A stretch of DNA of 64,000 bases, from assembly GCA_028534125.1 (NCBI GenBank), contig CM052818.1:1490001-1554000 (forward strand). The letters are read 5' to 3'. Below are positions 49,301 through 63,515 of the stretch, one piece after another. Made by a program: the position numbers and the translations under genes. How positions within the stretch are numbered: the first letter of the stretch is position 1; every line of letters begins with the position of its first letter. Origin of the DNA: Lama glama (Eukaryota). Below the pieces are notes generated by a model. That model was not told the DNA's origin, made no database searches, and saw only the letters and a list, made by a program, of their open reading frames with translations.

Positions 49301-50593
49301 TGGAAATATAAAATAAATTTCCTTCACATCTCCACTTCAAAATCAAAGAAGGGAGCCTGTGAAGATGCTTTAATGTTTTGGTCACTTAGAAGTTTGTTTT
49401 GAGTGCGTACAGAGTATATAGAACTATGAAGTTCCTCAGCAGAGATTTTAACCTCTGTCCTCATGGATGCAAAGCAAATAAACAGAATAGTCATTAAATT
49501 TGAACCAATATATAGAGATATGTGGTGGTTTGGGAGGGAAAAGGAAGTAGGTGTTGTGCTGTTGAATTGTAGAATGACTAGATTTCATTAGAAACAGCGT
49601 CTTGGTGAAGGAGCAGCGCCCCAAAAGAAGTAAAGGAAACTGATCTTGTAATCATGAATCAGTCCAACCCAATTTAAAAGTGCCTGTTGCTTATCTTCTG
49701 ATGAATCATACAGTTACCAGCGTTACCGTAAAAACTTCAGCTAGGTCTTTGATTATTTCTTTACATAATTTTGCCTTTTTCTGTTTTATTTTGTTTTATT
49801 TAATATTTACTTTCAGTGTTTTATTCTTGTCAGATTCCTGTAGGTTAACTGATAATTTCCTTTTTCAGATGAGGAAATTGAGGTCAAAGTAAACTGTGAC
49901 TTATTCATTGTCAGTATTGTAATGAATCAATTTTAGCGCTGTAATGGTGCTGCAGTTCTCACCTGATGTTTCTTGTTTTACTTTCTCTTTCGATGTCCAG
50001 GTTTAATCTGTATATATTGTTCATATTCTAATTTGCTGATATTACTCTAAGCTTGACTTTTCCATTCATTATCTTATTTTTTTAAAACATCATCTTCTCT
50101 CTCTTCCTAGCGTATTTCTGTATTTTGATTGCATGCTGACTTAAATATTTACTGATTCTTATGCCCTTTAGAAGTTGGCTGGCAGGCCATTTAAGTGGCA
50201 AGTTTTGTTTCTGACCACTGAAACAGTGATGTCTAAGAAGACAAAGTCAAGTTACCAAAGTCACATTCCCACTTTCTTCTTTTCCCTTTGGAGGCCCAAG
50301 GCCCAAAATGTATCTCTAAAAGCAGATGCAGGACCAGTGACCCTGTTGTTCTTATCTGCTATCTACTCTTCTGTTCTGTGTCCCAGCCTGGATGATATCC
50401 ACATAGCTTAGTAGCTCCATGGCTCAAGTACCCAAACTAGGTTTCTGGAAGCATAGTTTGCTTTCTGTTTCTCTGTTAGATGCTAGAGCTGACCTTTTTT
50501 TTTTTTTTTTTTACACTGGAGTATTAAAAATGCATGTAGTTGGTCTTAATAGCCTTGTTTGAATATTTTGTGACAATCTTGTTTGTTTTGCAG

Positions 50594-50662
50594 GTTCCTG
50601 GGGCCCAAGATTTGGTTGATTTCTCTCCTGTTTATCGATGTCTTCACATATATTCTGTCCTG
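50594..50662 (+). CDS. EXOC6B: EXOC6B internal coding exon, 69 nt, phase 0-0 (probably equivalent to human exon 8): VPGAQDLVDFSPVYRCLHIYSVL
   Basis: Acceptor ttgtttgttttgcAG (50592-50593), donor CTG|GTGAGT at 50663, conserved Sec15 motif DFSPVYRCLHIY. Lies within track ORF 50540..50755. Confidence 0.97.
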
Positions 50663-50879
50663 GTGAGTCTTTATCTGGCTCTGCCTAAAAAAGATTGCAT
50701 ATTGAATTCAAAACTCAGTTTTCTCATTTTTGATAGTTTTTCTGTTTATTTTTAAGAGTAAGGAATGAGACACTATTATTTAAGGAGTATCAGTTATTTA
50801 AAAAATAATTCTTTTCCTCTTGAATCTTTTATTTATGGTTGCCGTGTAGTAGGTTATAGGGACTCAACTTATTTTTTTT

Positions 50880-52180
50880 CAATATGATGAATTCAGTTTT
50901 ACTATTTGTATCTGCTACATAATCTGTACATCACCCGATAATTCCTGAAAGCACCTCTGACGTACACTAAATGTTCATATTTACATGAATCTGTTTCTCA
51001 GCTCTACAGTTGGTTATTTTTGGTTTTGTGGGATATCTACATATATGGTAAAAGAAGTCCCTTCTCTTTGTTCCTCTTTTACATTGCCTTCACTATTTAT
51101 AGAATTTATTTTTCCAGATATATATTTTAGAATCAATTTGAATTTATATTAAAAAATCCTTCTATAATTTTTATTTGAATCAGTTGAATTTATAAATAAA
51201 TTGTGGGAAGAATTGACCACTTTATAATGCTAAGTCATCCCATTCATGGAAGAATAAGATCTGCTTTAAAATTATTTAATTCAGCTTTTTTTTTTGTGAT
51301 AACAGTCTTAGGCATACTTTGTTAGCTTAATAGCAAAATATGTTCAGTTTCTGTTGCTTTTTTCTACTTTATTTTCTAATACTGCTTCTATTGAGAGACA
51401 CTGTCAATTTTTGTAAGTTACTCTACATCTGGTTACCTGCTCAACCTTTTGTTAGTTATTATAGTTTTTTCTTTTTTTGGTTTATGATAGATTTTCTGTG
51501 TAGTTGATCATCATGTCTGTAGAATACTGACTTAATTTTTTTTTTCCTATCCATACATCTCTTTGTTCTTTTTGTTGTGTTGTTGTATTGATTAGGGTCT
51601 TCAATAAGGTGATAGTAGACATTCTTCTCTGATTTCTAGTCTCAAAGAGAATGTGTCTAAAGTTTATTCATTAACTGATGTTTGCAATAGGCTTTGTTAA
51701 ATATTCTTTAGTTATTCCTAGATTTCTGATAGTTTTTAATGAAAACATAAATGTGCATTGAATTTTCTTGAATTTGTTTCCCAAATATATTACTATAATC
51801 CTATGGTTTTTATTCTTTAGTTCATGAAGATGGTGAATTTCATTACCGATATTTCTTATATTAAACCATCCTTGTATTCTGTAGATAAATCCAACTTGAT
51901 GAAGATGTATTACTGCCTTTTGTTAACATCCTGTGAAATTTAACTACTTTTTATTTATTTTTAATCTTTTTCTTTAATTTCTGTATATGGCCATAAGTAA
52001 CAGACCTATAGTTTTGTTTTCTTTCCTTTTTTTTTTTTTTGTATTGCACCTATGTGGTTTGTAGGCAATGTTATATTAACCTCATTAGACTGGTTGAACA
52101 TCCTTCCCTTTTCTCTGTTTTAAGAAATGGTTTATATGAGATAGGGGTTAACTGTTTAATGAAAGTTGAGCAGAAAACAC
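50880..52180 (-). mobile_element. Highly decayed L1 ORF2 fragment (L1M5-like)
   Basis: ttttagaatcaatttg, aattgtgggaagaattgac, aaaccatccttgtattc...ataaatccaacttgat. Confidence 0.7.
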
Positions 52181-52514
52181 ATATGCAGTAATATGCATTT
52201 TTCCTTTGCCACACACTTCCTCTTTTCTCCCTTAGCATCTTTCCTCCATGCTCCATGATTGCTACATGATTTTGTTTAGTCTCTTTAATAGTATGTATGG
52301 TTAAGGAACCGTATTTGCTCATACCAAGTTTCAGGGTTTATTAAAAGCCTCATAATTGCAAAATCAAATTGGTATTGCCTTTCAATAAGCATAACGTCTA
52401 TGAAAATGGGTAGTTTGTTTAGTTTGATGTTGTATCCAACAGTACTTGGTGTAGGTACTTGATAAATGTATGTTGACTGAATAAATAAACAAGTGGTACT
52501 TAAAGAACACAGTA

Positions 52515-52810
52515 CAATAATCACTTGGTATCCATGGGGGACTGGTCCAGAACCCCCCTCAGATACCAAAATTCATAAATGCTGAAGTCACTTATGCAAA
52601 ATAGCATAATATTTCATGTAACCTGTGCATATTCTATCATATCATCTCTAAATTACTTATAATACCTAATACAATGTAAATGATTTAGTTGCTGTGTGTG
52701 GCATATTCAAGTTTTGTTCTTTGGAACTTTCTGGAATTTTTTTGAGTATTTTTGATTTGTGATTGGTTGAATCTGTGAATGTGGAATCCACAGGTTTGAA
52801 GGGCTGGTTG
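52515..52810. mobile_element. MER2-like Tigger-family MITE
   Basis: TA-preceded start, ggtatccatgggggactggtccagaacccc...gataccaaaat...tacttataatacctaatacaatgtaaat...ttggttgaatc. Confidence 0.88.
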
Positions 52811-54379
52811 TCCATTTGTTTGAACATATGCTAACTCAAACTGTATTACTCACTTACTTATTCAATAAACACGTTGATTTTCTCTTCTGCATGAAATGGA
52901 CTTGGAGAACCAAAGATAGATAAATAAGTCAAGGACCCGTGCTTTAAGAAAACTACAGTCTACCAGGAGAAAAGTTACAACTTTTCAGTAACTATAATGT
53001 GACAGCACTGTATCTCATCACTGTGTCTGTGCTAGCTTTTGTAAGCTTTATTAAGATTTAATGATAGAGATAATGTAACAGATTTTCCTCAAGTTGAGAA
53101 CTCTAATGATGATTCATAAGAATATTAATTTATTTGCACAGTAGTGGTGTTAGGCAAGTCACCTAAACCTTAGCTTTTGCATGTATAAAATGTGATAATG
53201 ATTACCTGCTTAGTGCAGCTATATATGTTGTATGAACAATGCCTAGTTCGGTCTCTAGCACATAATTGGCATTTAATAAATGGCAGTTAATCTGCAGAAA
53301 TTATTTGTCTCTGATGCTGGTCATTAGACACATTACTGATACTTTTAAAAGTATATGACATAAAGTGTAGACATGATAGAGGTTCTAGTCTTGCCATCAA
53401 CATGCAAAGTTTATCAGTTATTTAAAATTCACACATTCTTAAATATACAGACTACATAGTCTTAAACTGTGAGAACAAAACGGGAGGACCTTAAACTGCC
53501 CATTTCAAAATAAATTCTATGCTGGTATTCTATAACATTGAAACATTTAGTATTCATAATTTTTAAAGCACTGTTTATATGGCAGAAACAGGCCTCTTCT
53601 CCCATTTATGATGTTAGTTTTGAAAAGGTGCAACTCACAAGTAGAGTGGTAAGAATTCAGCTCTGTTTTTTTGTGGAATATATATTTATTATTTAGACAT
53701 TGCTGTTCCAGACTTAGAGGGACTTCAAATAAGAACTCAGATATCTCCTATGGTAAAGCAAGGACCAGAGCATGTGTAATTTCTAAGGTTGACTCTTTTC
53801 ATAGCTTTTTTGGGGGCTGGAATTTGTCACTTTCCTGTATTTGTTTCACCATTCTCAAATCACTAAGTTGTATTATTATGTGATAAAAGATAGCTTCTCA
53901 TAATATTATTGACAAAGATGTTTAAATGTAGATTATTTAATATAAATATTTGTAACAAATATTTTCTTATTTCCTGATGTAGTTAATATTAACATTAGGC
54001 TTTAAGAAAAGTTTTAGGAATACAGAAATGAGGACTGAGAAGAAAATAAACCTTTTCTCTCTTGTTCCTTCCCATTCCAATATTTATCTCTACTTCTTTT
54101 CTCTTTATTCGCTCATTGGCCCAGTATATTTCTCCTCTGTTCATACCACTACCCTGAAGCTGTATCTTACTGGACTTTTCAGCTGCCTTTGACTTTCTTT
54201 ACAGCCTTTTTGGTAATTGGTACCTGTTTTGGACCTTGTGGGCTCCACGTCTTTGTGTCCCTCTGTGTTCCCGAAGTTCTGTTTCTCCTCTTTCTTGCCC
54301 CGCTTCTCTTCTTTCTCTCCTGCCTTTCTTGACTGGTATAATCTGCTTTTATGGTTTGAAGTATTATTAACTTCCAGTC

Positions 54380-55345
54380 CTATATTTCTATTTCTCAACT
54401 TTCCCTTGTGCTTAAAATTTGTGTATATAATATTATATTGAACCTAACCTTTTGGATATTCCACAGGCAGTACAAACTCTTTATGTTTCAAAATGAGTTC
54501 ATTATTTCCTCCTCCCCCCTAAAATCTTCTTCTTCTTCTGAATTTATAGTGATCTTGGATAATAACAGCATCATCTCTCTAGTCACCAGGAAAAAACCTA
54601 AACTCTTCCTTTTTTATTGATATAATATCCAGATCTCCAAATCTTGCAAATGTTCCCTCCTAAGTATAGTTGTACTTCATCCTTCCCTATCCTAAAGTGA
54701 TCACCCTAATTCAATCTCATCAGGATTATTGCAAACAATCTCCTGACTCCCTACCTTTTATCATAAATGCCTGTCTCCTTCTCACTATAGTGTTAGTAAT
54801 CCAGCTATCATTACAAATCTGACATATATGTTGTCTGCTTAAAATTCTCTAATTGGTCATTGTGGAGTAAAGTGTTGAAATATAGAAGAAAATATAGCAT
54901 ATAGAAATATAGCAAAATTTCCATGTCTTGTCTACTGTATTTCCTGCTGCTTACCACTTGCTTTAATGATACTGAAATGCTTCCAGTTCTTTGATTGCAC
55001 CATGCTGTTTCTTATATTTCATCCTTTTCTCATGCTAGTCCTGCCTGAGTTATTATTCCCATTTCTTTTTATTTTACTGATTCGTATTTATTTCATACTT
55101 GTGTCCTCTAGCAAATTTTCCTGATGTTTCAGGTTGAGCTCAATGGACCCTCTTCCTCTGGGCACCATTATAGGACCCAGTGCACATTTATAGTAGTGCT
55201 TACTATATTATATCATTGTATTCTAAATATGTGTTCTTTTTCCTCAGTAGACTATAAGCTTTTTTAGGGCAGGTATCATGTTTTATTCATTTTTTAAAGT
55301 CCTAGCACTTAGCACTTAATATTAGTAGTATATAATACTAAATGA
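54380..55345 (+). mobile_element. L2 3' fragment
   Basis: ttggatattccacaggca, ctgcttaaaattctct, gactataagctttttt agggcagg...cctagcacttagcac. Confidence 0.7.
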
Positions 55346-56899
55346 ATTTTTTTTTTGAAAGATAGCTACCCTTCTTTTGACCTGCAAATGAATCCAGTGT
55401 TCTAGTCCCAGGCAGTGTCATACAATATCAGGGCTGGGACTTATACAAGGGAAAACAGTTCTATTGGTGTCCAACGGAAGGATCATAACAGAAGTAACAA
55501 AAAGTTCTAATATTTGTCATTTACAATAGTGTTTATCTGAACTTTTGGCCTGGAGGATAACAAGGCACACTTTGAATAAACATGGCAATATTTATTATTT
55601 TTAGTGAAACCGACCTTCCATTCACCCCCCTTTTATGGCTGTGCTGCTTATAAATTCCCAAAGGATTATTTGAAAAATCCTACTTATATCTGCCAGCCTT
55701 ATCAGTAGGGCAGGAGTTCACGTATTGTAACAGGAGGTCAGATTTCGGTCATGGTCTTATAGATGGGGCCAAGCACCTGTAAATTCTTCCTTTGGTGACT
55801 AAAGTGAAGTACAATATCAAACAGGCTGTGAGACTTTTCTAGGAAGTGCTGAACTTTGGCAGGAAGGGCAAACTTTGGCAGGAGGAGGGGAGGGAAGAAA
55901 GTGAACAAGGGTCAGATAGTGGTTAATTGAGACTTGGTCCTTGACGTAGTAATGCAGATGGAATTGTGCAGGGCAAAGGTAGGTGATTTTATAGAATTGT
56001 TTTGAACAACTTACACTCTTTAAATGTTCACGTACTGTTTAGAGATGGGCAGGTAAGGGACAGGATATAAACATTTTACAGTAATTTAAGATAATTTTTT
56101 TTAAGAAGAGAGAAAATAACATAAACTAAAAATTTTACTGGAAGGGAAATGATGAATAATAATAATCTGAGATTCTTGTACGTAGTGTAGTAGTAGTTAA
56201 AAAGATATCTGGACTGTCTGTCTAATGAAGACAGAAACCAGTCTGTCTTGCAGACTTTTTGAAAACTCTTATTTATCTAGTGATGTCTGCCATGCTTATG
56301 GACTCCAAGCCTTGAACCCAGCTCAATTTGGACAAAGATTTGTATGTACTTTAAGCTCCTCTATATAGTGTAAAATCTTTGACTCTCCTCCAGATTTGCT
56401 GCTCACTCACCCTGCTACCACTGAAAGGGTGTATATATGCCCCCCAGGAAGGATCTTGGGTGTCATTAAGAGACAGAGAGAGCAAACCTGTAATTGTAAT
56501 GATACCCCTAGTCTGTGGGTATCATTTATGGTCTTCTTGTGGTGTCTTGGTTGCCAGTAATCTGTATCATCTGCTCATTAACAATTAAAAAATTCCCAGA
56601 TTTAAAAATGTTGACTAATGTACACCTCTGATTTATGTACTTTTCTGCATGTGTGTTATACTATAGTGAAAACTTTACTTTCAAGATTTCTATCATTTTG
56701 GGTCCAGGGATAGCAATTAGAGCAATATATGGATTTTTTTTTCAATAGGCAGCAACCCCTCAGTGTTACATAAATCATAGAAACCTTAGTTTTTTTCTAA
56801 TTCTCCTTCAGTCACTAAAGGACACTTTGAAGCAGCTAAGATATAAAGAAATACAGAATGTTATTGTGCAGTGAATTCATTATTACAAAGGCTCTAGCA

Positions 56900-57080
56900 A
56901 GTGCAGTATTTCTTTTAGACTTTCTTCACCAAAGAGCCTCTGGGAATTTGGTGGAAGCTGTGAACCCTTTCCCCAGACAAAATGCACATATGTACATTGC
57001 ATCTGATATTTTGCTTAGAATTTCAGAGACTTCCCCAACTCTTGAATCTTATCCATAGACCTCGAAAGAATTCCTCATCT
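56900..57080. mobile_element. Second Charlie4z-like hAT fragment
   Basis: gaatttggtggaagctgtgaaccc...ccccagacaaaatgcacata...aatttcag parallels 34930-35015. Confidence 0.6.
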
Positions 57081-60000
57081 AAAGGGAACTACAGACTGTG
57101 TTAGATTTCAGGTATCTACTGACTGCCTATCCATCTATGCTCTAGAAGAGGTTACCCCAGTTTCATTTGAGTATCCCCTTTTATAAGCCCCCTAAGGACT
57201 CTCTACCACCTTGTCTTTTTCTTACATTTGGAAGCCTTGCCAAAATCTAAATTTAAAAGCATATTTCAAAGTGACCTTATTTCTGTGTCATAAATCTTTA
57301 TTCCCCGGGAAGCCATTATACATGGCAAGCTGATAACCTGTTTTTCTGTTAAGAATAAGTTAGCCCCTTCACCTAAACTAAATGTTTTGTCCTCTGAATT
57401 CTTCTTCTTAGAAGGATTCAGGGCAGAGATTTAAAAATAATTATGAGAACAGTAGTTAGTAATTTACTTCCCTGAACACAACGAATTGTGTTAAACTTCA
57501 GAATATTTTACCTCTTACTTGCTTTTAATAATATCTTTTTTTTAAGTACTTGGCTATAATTAGGGGGGGTGAATCAGCTGCAGAGTTAGATTTTACCCAT
57601 AATCTCTTTATAATCCTTCATGATCATTGCTGGGGCAGGGGATGGGGTTGGGTAGGCTGGGCAGGAATCTTCCTGGAATATGTTTGTCCCTTTATAATCT
57701 GAGAATTTCTCTTGGTATGGTCTGCACTGGCAGCTAGGGGAACGTTACAAAACCCATGGTCATGTAACTACAGATAATAGTGAGGAAAGGATATGGAGAG
57801 TGGAAAAAGGAAAAGATACAAGCAGTTCTAAGTGGCACATGTTTTCTTAAGTGTTAAGGGAATTACTTAATAAAATTACTTAAAAGGCTTTGTGGTAGCA
57901 GTTGGCTATTATATAAAAGCACTTGGGAAATAAGTACTTGAAGAGTTTAAGACACTACTGAGTTTTCATTTAAAGAAAAGTGATTAGTTTTGGCATACTC
58001 AAGGTTAGACTTTCAAGATCCTTTTGAGTCGTGATAGTTAAAGGGTTGTTTCTTATACATGTATTTACAATATTATTGTCTTGGATTTTTTTTTATAATA
58101 CTTCGTTCAGCAGTCTCATAGTGCTATGCAAATTTGACTACATTAAGTAAGTGACGCATTTGTGTGGTAAATATGAGGAAAACACCTCACTTAGTAAGAC
58201 TAGCCTTACTCTGAAATAGTTTTTTATTGGCACCAGAGGTAAGATTTGTGTTCTTCTTCCTGTACTTATGTCAGATGGCACTTTGCTCTTTAGAAGTTAA
58301 TTTAGTAGCAGGAATTGAAGCATAGACTTAAGGCAAATCTGAAGGATTGGGTGTATTTTGAGATTTGAACTTTTAATCAAATCAGACTTCTTGTTGTTGT
58401 TGTTACTGATTTAAAAAAATGAAACACCCCCCTTAAAAAATAGCAGAACATTTCTGCTGCATCTTGATGTTTAGATGGTTGATTGGCAAATGAAAGAGAT
58501 ATTCATACTTCAACCTCACACAGGTTTTGATCACAGACCACTGATCTGGCAGTGAATGCTAATAAATAGAGCTCTGACTGATTTTTTAGTTTTCATTAAA
58601 ATTGATTGTACTTTTACCATAGCCTGGTTTTTTTGTTTTTAAAGAGCTATCCTGATTCTGTTTTAAACATTGAGACTATTGACTTGTATTTATTTTATAT
58701 AACTGTAGCAAAAATTCATTTTTTAAACTCTTTCCTTTTTTGTACTAAGGCATTTGAATGAATATTTAAGTATCTGGTTTTGGTGTAAATACAAGTGGGG
58801 TCATTTCCTACTCTTATGGTAGATATTAAGACATGAGGAAGGCCTATATGCAGAATTCTAGGTGCTTAGAATTTGTGAATAAGGGTTTATTTGTTTGTTT
58901 CTTATTTGACATTTCCAAAGATGGTAGGACAGAGGGAGGGTAGTGGATATAGAATTCCAGCATTGCCAGAGGCATATAGCTTAATGATCTGAACCTCCTT
59001 AAAGTTGTTTCTGGAACTGTATTTCTGGGGAACACCAGTTTCATCTGTTGATCTGTTTGGGAAAAAAAAAAAGAAGAGGAGGAGCCCTGTTTCAAATGTC
59101 ATTGAAATTCGGTGTACTGTATTTCAGTCTTGGGTTTTTTACAGTTCACGTTAGTAGATTCAAAGTATATTCTGAGAAGATCTGCAGAAAGTAAATGTTA
59201 AATTTTATTTAAGCAAGCATTTCCTAATACAGTGAAAGATGTAAAGATGATCAGGATGCTTCCTGGTCTCAAAAAGTTTATAATTTAATAGATACAGAGA
59301 AAGGCTTCTTTGTAAGAGACTCCAAAGAGGCTTGTTTTTTAAATTCATCCTGTTTATTTGAAATATATGCATTTTTGGGGAAATAAGAAAAGAAATTTGA
59401 ACTTTTAATCAAAAATCCTTTGTGAAAATAGTAATTTGAAATAAGTAGGTACCGTTTTCAAATCTTTATGCTGTTGGACAGGGCATGGTGCCCATGGTGA
59501 CCTTGAGTATTCTGAGCAATAAGAATGTATTTTAAGTATTTTCTTTAGAGACTTTTTTTTTTTAATGTGGAAACTTTTACCCTGAAATATTTGGTGACTC
59601 CTAGTCCATCTTTGACACTTAACAGATTGTCTCATCACTCTCCTGCCATATCTCGCTGCCTCCTACTTTTACTGACCTACCAGTGCCTGGTGGGGTTAGA
59701 TAGGCGTAAACACCACATAGATCATAGGGAAAAGCTGAGGGTGAGATACTTTGTGCACTGCATTGATAAGGACACAGGAAAAGCCATTTATAGTGATAAC
59801 TTTCCTGTAGTATGGACTAATGGACCCTGGTTTGTAGTCACTGTAATCTTACTTCTTATAATTGTCATATTGCTCTTTTGACCTGGTGACCTTATTACCC
59901 ATGGGCATACATATCATTTGGCTTTCAATAAAACAAGAGGCCAAAAAAAGTGATTAATTTTTTTTTCTAGACATGTTTGCATTTGGTTTTTCAAAATGCT

Positions 60001-61506
60001 TACTTTGGGAAAATTGAACTTTTCAAGTGTGCTCATTTGTTTGTTTGTTTGTTTTTTTAAACAATAACATCTCACCTGAACAGCTTTAGATACCACAATA
60101 ATACAACAATTGTTTAAGCTCTGACAGGATGAATAAGAAATAATTTACTTTCTGTATAATGCTCAGTAATCTTTTAAAGCACAGTTTAAATCATATCAAA
60201 CCTGTGCTTTAAATACTTTAGTCTCTCATTGTTCTCAGAGTAAACATCTTACCTTGTGCTGTATAGTTTTCCGCATTCTATCCTTGGCTAATCTCTCTTA
60301 CTCCATTTCTGGTTGCTGTTTTCCTCATAGTCTGTGCTCCAGAGATGCAGGGCCCCGTGTTCTTTCATAATGATGCCTTTGCACCGGCGGTTCTTTCCTG
60401 AAACATGTTTCATGTTTTCTTTCTTTCTTTTGATGTATCTACCTATAAGTTATGCCACACCTCGCTGTTGCTGAGATCTCTGGATATTTGGCTTTTATAA
60501 TCTTCTTTCCCTCATCTCATATGTCCAACCAGATCTCTTACATCTTTTTCTTCCTTTTCCTTTCTGTTTGGGTTGTGACTGCCAGGTTTTTTTGTTTGTT
60601 TGTTTGTTTTCAGTTTTTTAATTTAAAAAATTTTGGGTTTTTTTGTTTGTTTGTTTCCCTAAAATGCTGTCTATACCAGATACTTAGTTGAATACAATGC
60701 CCTAATGGTTTTGGATGTTACAGGGGAGGGATAAATAGCTATTGCCAGAACCTTGTGATCTAAGTAAGAGGGCATGTAGGGGAGGAATTTCCTTTTGTTT
60801 TATAGGGGAAATTTGGTCATTCAGACAGTTATGTAAGTTGCATATGCCAAAATGATCTTCTAACCAGAAATAAATACCTTAACTCATGTTTGCCCATGGT
60901 TGGTTTTAGCAGGTGTAGTGAATAGTTTCTTTTTGACCTTTGAAGAGTCATGATTTATTTTAAATTGTGTAGGACTGAAAAAGCTGAGTTTGAAACTGTA
61001 CTGGATTGTCTACCTTTTTCAGATTCCTATAACTCGAACCACAATTTCGAGGTGAAATAGCTTAGGACTTGAATACTGAAGGCTGCCTGTCCACAACCCA
61101 GATTTTCTCAGGAAACATAAGCAGAATCTATTTTATTTTCTTTCTTTAATGTCTTTAACTAGAGCTTCTGGAAATCTCAGAGTACCGTGTCATTCCTACC
61201 TCATAAAAGTTGCTTAGCAAATAATTGTGGAATGAATGAATGAATAAATGAATAGTCAAAATACCTCAATAAAGTGCTGTAGAAAAAAAAATTAACAGAC
61301 CTATGAAAAAACTATAAAATATGCCATAGTCTAAGGAGATTGAGTTGTTTTGTTTGAGGTTAATATAGTTCATCAGTTTATTATATGGAGTACTGTTAAT
61401 TAAGACTTGGGATTTCTTCTGGCCCTGAAACAAAGTATAAGATGTGTTAACATATTTTTTTAGATGTGAAAAATGAAGTCATTTATGATGTTTAATGGTG
61501 ATATTT

Positions 61507-61820
61507 GTAGCAGTTCAGATTGTATTTGGTTACACGTAACTAAAACCCAACTGTAATGGTTGAAACAAGTACAGAGTTTGTTTTTTACATATGACAAGGC
61601 GTAGGCATTTCGCTGTTGGTGTGGTAGGCTGTACATGGTCATCAGAGACTTGGGTTCTTTTAGTTGTTCCAGTCCTGTTTCTTTAGCATGTAGTTTTTGT
61701 CTTCATTCTTATAAGGTAGATCATTTTCATATTTCAGGAAGAAAGGGGTGGGAAGGCCAAGGTGCAAAAACTGCACTTCATCTGTGTCTATGTCTTTTTG
61801 TCAGAAAAAGAGTAGCTTCA
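61507..61820 (-). mobile_element. Old MLT1 LTR fragment (MLT1K/L-like)
   Basis: gttcagattgtatttggttacacgtaactaaaacccaac...ggttgaaacaag...gtcatcagagacttgggttc. Confidence 0.55.
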
Positions 61821-62691
61821 GTCAAAGAATAAAAGGTTTTGTAAAAATGCTGAATTCTTTTGTAATTTGAAAAATAATTAAAATTACAAACTGATTGATT
61901 TCTAGTCACCATGGTGTTTTTTTTTTTAAACTGACAAATCACATAAGCTTGAATCTAGATCATGATCTACAAACCTTGCTTAACTTCTCATAGCCTCAAT
62001 TTCACCATTTAAAAATGTAGACAATAGTGTTTATCCCACAGTGTTTCTGTGAGAGAGAAACATAAAAACACTTGGCATAGTAGCTGGAGCATACTTAAAT
62101 CTTAAAGAAATATTTCTACTTCTAACTTGCACATGTTTTGCCCGCCATCACCAAATTTTCATATTATGAAAAGGACTTTTAAAGAATGCAATGCAGAAGG
62201 AGTCAGGGACTAGGAACTAGACTAATTCATGTGCTGACTTACATACACAGATGTAAGAAACAATACGAGAAAACATGTACACTTCCTCCCACAACCCCCC
62301 GCCCCATTCAATGTTACCTTTATAAAAACTCTAAACTAGAGACTAAAAACAAGGATGTATTACAGGTAGAAAGGCCTTTGTATACTCTTCCTTTTAGCAT
62401 CTCTTTTCACGGAAGGGAAAACCCTTGGCCTAGGGCAGTTGAATTACTCACCTAAAGGCACGTAGGTAAATTGCAGAATTGGAAAAACTAAATGTAAATT
62501 CTCTGTCTTGTGTTCTTTCCTCTATCAGTTGTCATTATCATTAAAACAGGTAAATTTATCAGACTACGTGTGAAGTCCCATTCTAAGCACTTACAAGTGT
62601 TAAGTTAATTAGTGTATTATATTGTACCCTAAGATGGTTTATAATAAATACATGAACTTTATAACCTAATCAACTCATGGTTTTTCTTAAT

Positions 62692-63109
62692 CAGTTTCAT
62701 GGATGCTAGCAGAAGGCAAAAAAAAAACCCTGGTTCAGAGACAAAGGGCTTTATTACTAGTATCAACAGCAGCAGCCAGAGTAGCAGCACACTATACTTG
62801 CACAAGTTCCCAGAGTCCCAAATTCCACATGGCAATGTGAAGGAGTCCATGATGTGTCTTGAAGGACACCTGTACACAAAGCGGTTTGCTCTAAAGGAGA
62901 AGAACCCTGAGTGTAGGGAATCCAAATATCTTTATTCCATAGAAAAACATGGAACACGTCTGCTTTTTTTGTCTGGTGGGAGACATTATCCCTCCCTTAT
63001 AAATATGTTGACTACACAAACATCCTTGAAAAGATGGTCTGGAACAAAGTCAGTACCTCTGCTCACAAGATGTGCAAAGATGTAAGCCACTCATAACTGG
63101 CTCCCAACA
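62692..63109 (-). mobile_element. MER76-like ERVL LTR, main piece
   Basis: cagtttcatggatgct...cagagacaaagggctttattact...acaaacatccttgaaaagat...ctcccaaca; AATAAA on the minus strand at 62750-62755. Confidence 0.75.
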
Positions 63110-63455
63110 GTCAATGCTTCGCATTCTACTGTAAGTAAGACCACAGCCACCTCCTCTATTTATATGTGTACTTATTATGTATTTGTTCATTTAAGTATCT
63201 GTTTACCATTAGTATAGACTCTGGTTTCCTATTTTTTCCCCCAATGAAAATACCCATACTCACAAATTCTCCAATTTTTTTGTATTTTCCATTAAGATTT
63301 TAAAGCCCAACTACTTTTTTAGCATGTTATTTTGTTGGAATAAATTACACTTGGGAATTTCTGAAAAATATAGGAGAAATCTAGAAAGACAATAGGCCAA
63401 ATGCAGCTAAAACTTAAGGTAAATGTCCTCAAGGCCCTCCTAAAATTGTGAATAA

Positions 63456-63515
63456 TAGCGTGCTAACTTGTTAGCTTGCAAGTGGGTAAAATCTCAGACT
63501 CTTCATGGTTCTTCA
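63456..63515 (+). mobile_element. MER76-like LTR terminal piece, opposite in orientation to the main piece
   Basis: gctaacttgttagcttgcaagtgggtaaaatctcagac...ca matches the recalled missing end of the same LTR. Confidence 0.7.

Noticed and set aside
50540..50755. 71-aa ORF as a standalone gene
   Set aside because: Only 50594-50662 is coding; the flanks are intron read-through.
62699..63085. 128-aa ORF
   Set aside because: Lies wholly within the MER76-like LTR; no homology recognised.
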